Positions 30,601 through 36,600 of a stretch of 64,000 nucleotides of DNA are shown one piece after another. The stretch is from the NCBI GenBank assembly GCA_030765185.1, contig JAVCDE010000024.1, forward strand, positions 379,538 to 443,537, in the 5' to 3' direction. The stretch comes from Candidatus Aceula meridiana (GTDB lineage: Bacteria > Omnitrophota > Gorgyraeia > Zapsychrales > Aceulaceae). Within the stretch, counting starts at the first letter, position 1. The number at the start of each line of letters is the position of its first letter. A program made the position numbers and the translations under genes. The notes under the pieces are model-generated. The model ran no database searches. It saw nothing but the letters and a program-made list of their open reading frames with translations, and was not told where the DNA came from.

Positions 30601-33600
30601 TGCCATAATCCATTGATCCGCTTATCTGGCTCATAAAGGGACACCTTAGCGCCTGCTTCCAAAAACATCTCTTCCCAAAATATCATATTCGCAAATTCTT
30701 CTTCAGCAATAAATCCCATATTGACATATAGTTTGTTATGTAAGTAATCCTCTCCCGGCCCAACTACAATAACTTCTTGATCTTTAAGATCGGGCAAAGA
30801 CTCTACAAAAGAATGGGCCTGGGCAATGCTCTTGGGTTCTATAGGAGTAGCACTTGACTGTTTTTCATTTCTGCCTATTGCCGCAAGATCTTCTTTCTTT
30901 TTCGGTATTTCCATATTATTAACAACAGCGCTAAAAGAACCGGGCTTCTGCGCGAGATCGGGGGCAAAAGAAGATATTTTATCGCCGGAGGTCAAAGTCG
31001 AGGAACTGCTCACCGTCAATCCTTCTTCAAAACCTCGGGCCAGGTCTTCAGGATTCTCCGAATAACTATTAACAATGGTAATAATATTCTTAATATTGGA
31101 AGGAACGCGGTCAAGGTCACTGTAGCGACTGGAAGAGATGTCCGAAAGTCTTTCCACCTCGACTAAGCTTAATTCTCGTTCTTTTATTTTTCGCTTTCTT
31201 TTTTCTTCATTAACAGGAACGACTCTCACCAGCAAAAGGCGGTCAGGATCCTTCCAGTCATAGGAAACTGGTTGGCGTACTGTCTCTAAAATGACGACAT
31301 CGATCCTATTAATGAGGTTCTCCAAGGCTTCGAAATATTCTACGCCATCCCGCTCATCAAATTCATCATAATATTTTATTCCATAATTCACCAACTCTTT
31401 TCTGGCCGCTTGTTTCTCGGAATCACCTTCGCCATCCTTCCAGTCAAAATCAGTAATCCCTTCTTCCTTCAGCAATGTTTCAATAATGGCCCTTATGGCT
31501 ATGGTCTTTCCTGCGCCTGGCGGACCGTTGACGCAAATGACAGGATACTTCTTCCCTTTTTCGCTTCGTTTGAGGCCAAGCCATCGGCCGATTTCCTTCA
31601 TCTTATCCGCTGTCGTGACTAAAGCGCTATCCGCCCCCTGCGCAGGGTCGGCAAACTGTCCCTCTTCTTTTTTCTTTTGCTTAATAAGCTTTAACTGTTC
31701 AAGAGTAGGAATCGTCCCTTCTAAAGCTTCAATATTAACATGAGAAGGATTAAAATATTCAATAAACCGATCTTCTGCCCAAGAATCAACAACATAAGAT
31801 CTAATTTTAAGACCAGGATATTTTAAGCTTAAAGACTCAACTGTTTTTTCATATATTTCAGAGCCAAAACCCTTTCGTTGAATGTTGCTTTCTGAAAACC
31901 TTGAATTATCACCACGACCTACAGAAATCTCGTCCCTCATAAATTCTTTCCTTTTCCTGTCATAATCAATTCTTAAATATAATATATTATCATTTAAACT
32001 CTTGCTGGATGAAGAATCTACAATAAAATGAGATAGTCCTTCTTCAAGATTTTCAATTTCATCAAGAATCACAATATGGCTTGTCTTGTGATCTCTAATG
32101 ATTTCCGCAAACAAAAAGGTCAAATTATTATTTTTCTTAGCTTCTTCTAATTTCTGTCTCACCTTTTTAAAAACATCCTCTAAGCTACCTACGGCATTAA
32201 TGACAGCCGGCTCTTTATTATTATTTAACCGAGTGATTTCTTTTAAAAAATCTGTTTTCTGCACTAAGCTCTCATAAGTAAACAATTCTGGGTTATCTGT
32301 CCTCTGCTCTGGGGCGGAGGCGACAGAACTTGCAACGCTCCATACTGCCTCACGATCTTCTTCAACAACCATGACCTTTAAATTAACAGCTTTTCCTCCT
32401 TCAGGGTAATTTACGCGCTGATCAACAATCATAGCGCGAGGATTTTCTATCTTAATTTTTGCTGCTCTGTTCCTTGCCTTTTGCATTATTTCTTCCTTGT
32501 TAGAATCATAAACAGAAGCGCTTTTCTCAAATAAAACTTTCCCAGGAAATTGCGACTCAACCCTTACTAATTCTTTCGAACCTTCCTCCAAGATGGCAAC
32601 TTTCGTTCCAGGATAATCCTGAGCTATCTTTTGAGCTTCTCGAATTATTTTGGCTCTATTTCTCCTTTTTGAAATAATACCCTCATATAAAATAGCGTTT
32701 TTCAGATATCGATATGATTTCTTTTCAACAATCTGGATTAAAGGAATTTCACTTGTTTTTAGATTAAAATAAAGATGTTTATTAATATTAGAAATTCGAC
32801 CCTCAAAACCCATTTCATAAAAGAATGAAAAATCCAAAACATTGTTGGCCTCCAAGAAATCCCTCGAATTTCTTTTGCAGAGGGCGAGGGCAAAAGAAAC
32901 CAAAGCCCTTCCTAATCCTCGATAGTTCTTCTCTTCAACCCTAATTGCAACACGAACCTCTTTACGATTTAATCCTACTTGATCAGCGCGCAAATAATAA
33001 TGCCCTACTTCTTTATCCTCTCGAATCACTGCGAAACGATAACTGCCAGGGGTAGTGTCCTCCTTTAGCTGAAATTTAAATTCTTCCCCATCATTCGATT
33101 GAAGAACAATCTCTCCTTTTTCGACAAGCTTATCAATCAAACTTTCTGGATTATAAACCTTTATTGAACTTGCCTGAATGCTGCTATCGGAAGGGCTCTT
33201 CCTAGGATTATCTCTTTCGTCAAACCTCCTAAGTCCAATCTTGGTAAAAATATTGTTATACCCCTCTACAATTTTCTTCCGTAATGACGAAGACGCCTCC
33301 TGCGCGGGGTCAGAAATAGCAGACGAAACAACCAAATCGCCTAAGTCATCTACGATGCCGTCTGCATGAGGGTCCATCTTTTCTGCCTTGCCTTCGTTGC
33401 CTTCGATTAATCCAACAACATAAATCTTTTCTTTTTGCTCCTCTCTTTGCGTAAGAATGTTTCTAAATTCTTTAACATTCTTAGCTGAATCGTCAACGAT
33501 AATAACATTTTCATTAGGATCAATTTCATCAATCAACTTCTTAAAGACTTCGACTTTATTCTTGCTCGTTCTTGCAAAATGGATATCTTTAAAACTTTCC

Positions 33601-36600
33601 ATTAATCCAAGCTTCTCTAGAATAGGTTGCTTATCTTCCTTCTTAGCTCCTGAAAGAACCACAAGGGTTGCCCCTTGCGCTATCTTATCTTTTAAGAATT
33701 CAGCAACGCCCGGCTTAAACAGTATTCTCTCAACTTGATCCTTAGGGCGGGTCAAAACCTTATTAACTGCATCGTTTCTTGACTGCTGATAAAACTTATA
33801 AAGTTTGTCCACGAAGACATCTATATCAGTATCTGACGCAAACGAAAACTTATCCGCAAATTTAGATGTAATCAGTTGTTTAAAAATTGGCCCTGTAGAT
33901 TGGCCTGGGGGTTTTTGGAACTGATGACCCTCTTGCAGATCTGCTTCTTTGGGGGTAAACCCTTCAGGGTCTTTAACACCATTTTTTATCATGGCGTACA
34001 CGAAGGCAAAGGGAGCTTGGTCAAACTTTTCAACATCTATGATGACTCCGGCCAAATCGAGAATATAATAATTAACATCTTTTAAATCTAGCTGTCTAAA
34101 GGCTTCCTTTTTCTTTCTGCTCTCAAAAATACTTGTGCCAGGTTTGACTGTTGTTTCCACAGCAATATCCGGAGACCCTGGTAAAAAGAAATAGCCATCA
34201 ACGATTGGCTTTTCCAAATCTTTTTTTGCTTCTTTCTTTTTAGAAGAACTCGACGCCTTTTGTGCAACGATAACTTTTTCTAAGGATATGCTAAAATTCT
34301 CAAACCCTAAGCCTTTTAGGATGACGAAACTTTTTTCAGCATAAGATAAGGCATCTCCTGCAAGATACCCATTCGGTTTTAAAACACGGCCCATCTCTTT
34401 AAAAATTGCTTTAGGATTTTGTTCAGCTAAAAAATACGCATCAATTTCTGAGCCAAACATGACCGTTGAAACAGACGCATCTTTAAAAATACTTTTTAAA
34501 TTATGCGGCTTGTTTCCAATAAGATGAAATCGTCTTTTGATGTCTTCGCTCATCGCGCCAAAGCTTGTCTTAAGGCTTTCGAAGTAGCTCGGATTCCACT
34601 CTAAAACATAAATCTCTGCGCTCGGGAATTCCCTGGCAAGTCTAAAAAATTGATTTGCCCCTCTTTTAGCCCCAACAAAAAGAACTTTTCCTTTTTCTTG
34701 ACGAGTTTTATATCCTTTTTGCCCTAAAGCCTTTACCATGTCTCCAATCACGCGAACATTTTCATTATCATCAAGGATGTCGTCATATTCAAAAAGACGA
34801 AATTCTGGCATAGGTGCCGGTCCGTTCATAGCAACATTGCTAGCACGATTCAAATATGGGCGCACATATCCAAGTTCTTCGACCTTAGCTTTAAGTTCTT
34901 TTTCAGTCTGCCGGTCATTTAAGTCTACTAATCGATAATTGAGGACACCGCTCAAATTATTTTTTAAGATTGAAAATTGATCAACAAGGCCTGGCAAAAA
35001 TTTTAAAAGTTCTTTTCGGCTAATACCGGCATTGAGCAAAACAGTCTCAGAAAAAAATTTAGGAAAAGCAAAGCCCGAATCAATAATAGGAGTTGGTGAC
35101 TGCGTAGAAAAATGCTGACGGGATTTTCGCTCACCCTCATTAAGCTGTTGCTCACTGTGGACCACGCTAAAAACGTCGGGGCTATCAATTCTTGTTCTGT
35201 CCCAAACTCCGGCATAAGTCATATATTTTAATTTTTTCGGATTAAACACGCCCTCGTCAATCAAATCATAAGTCGCAGAAATTACGATGGCTTCGGTATT
35301 TGAATGGGCACGGTAATCGGCAAAGCCTTCACCATTAGAAATAATAAGATCTGGTTTTCGTTTGCGTAAAATATTTTTAACTCTTTCGATGTCTTCTTCT
35401 CCTGCGGCTCCACCCCATCCTTCTTCTGAATAAAAAGTCGAATCCATAGGGTCATGAATTTTTTCGTAAGGAATTCCCAAGCTCATCATGGCAGTTTTGT
35501 TTTCAAAAATTCTAATAGCTGCTTTAATATGCCCTATCGACTCAACATCCCGTGCACCCCAGCGAGCTTTTTCGTTAAAAGATTCTAAAAGAGCATCTAT
35601 AAGATGCAGTAAATGTTGTCGGTTCTCTTGAATAGAATGCGGATGAAAAATCTCTAAAAAGAGCGCCTGAGCGCGCAGGTCTTTTTCTTTTTCCGTCATG
35701 TGTGTCCAAGGGTCAAAATCTGACGGGCTTGTATGAAGATTTTGACTTTCTAAGGTCGGGATAAGCTCTTGCGCCACTTGACTTGTAGTTCTTTTGCTCA
35801 CAGCATCGAGCTTTGCCTTATCCCATCTCTTAATACGCCTCAAAACTTGAGCAACATAAAGATCATCAACAGCCGTAGTACCTTTGGCCGTATAATGAAT
35901 CTCAATGTCGTATCCTTGCTTTGCCAAAACGCGAATATTCTCCCTTTTTGCAAAATAATCATCATCGAGATGCGGGTTAATAATATCTACTTTTTTATCT
36001 CTGTCGCCGGGCTCCCAGCCAAGTTTCTCAATAATGCCATTAGGGGTAATCGTATTGTCTCGGATAGCTTGAGCAATTTCTTTCTTTAGCTCTTCCCAAG
36101 CACCATACTTTTTAAGAGATTTTAAATTGTACTCGACAATCTTGCGGACAATCGGTGGCGCACCAAAAAGTTTGGCAGCATCACTTTCTAGAAATTCAAA
36201 CACATCTTTCTGTTTAAAATTAAGGAGAGTTTTTTCCGGGTTATTCTTTTTTACATCATCGACAAGATATACAAAAAATTTCCTAATCATTTTAGGTGTC
36301 CACTCGTCAATCAAATCAAAATGCCAAAAATGACGCCTGAGCCGCAAGTTTTCTTCAGATCCACCTGCGACTAAATAACTGCCGCGTTGATCGCGCACCG
36401 CCTGTAGAGGATAAACAACCTTGCGCTCTTTTCCTGACCCTTTAAAGACACGGCCTTCTTCGATACCATAATGCATAGAGTTACGTTTGCTAGCAGTTGT
36501 GGCAAACACGATATGTTTTGGATTCTTTTTACGATTTAAAAGTTCTTTAAAACCATAGGTCATGAACCCATAGCCACGTTTGACCATGTTGCGATAACCG

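Noticed and set aside
26231-33341. PAQ linker repeats as a CRISPR array or integron attC sites
   Set aside because: Degenerate, irregularly spaced by 0.7-2.5 kb and in frame within a CDS; no cas or integrase gene in the window
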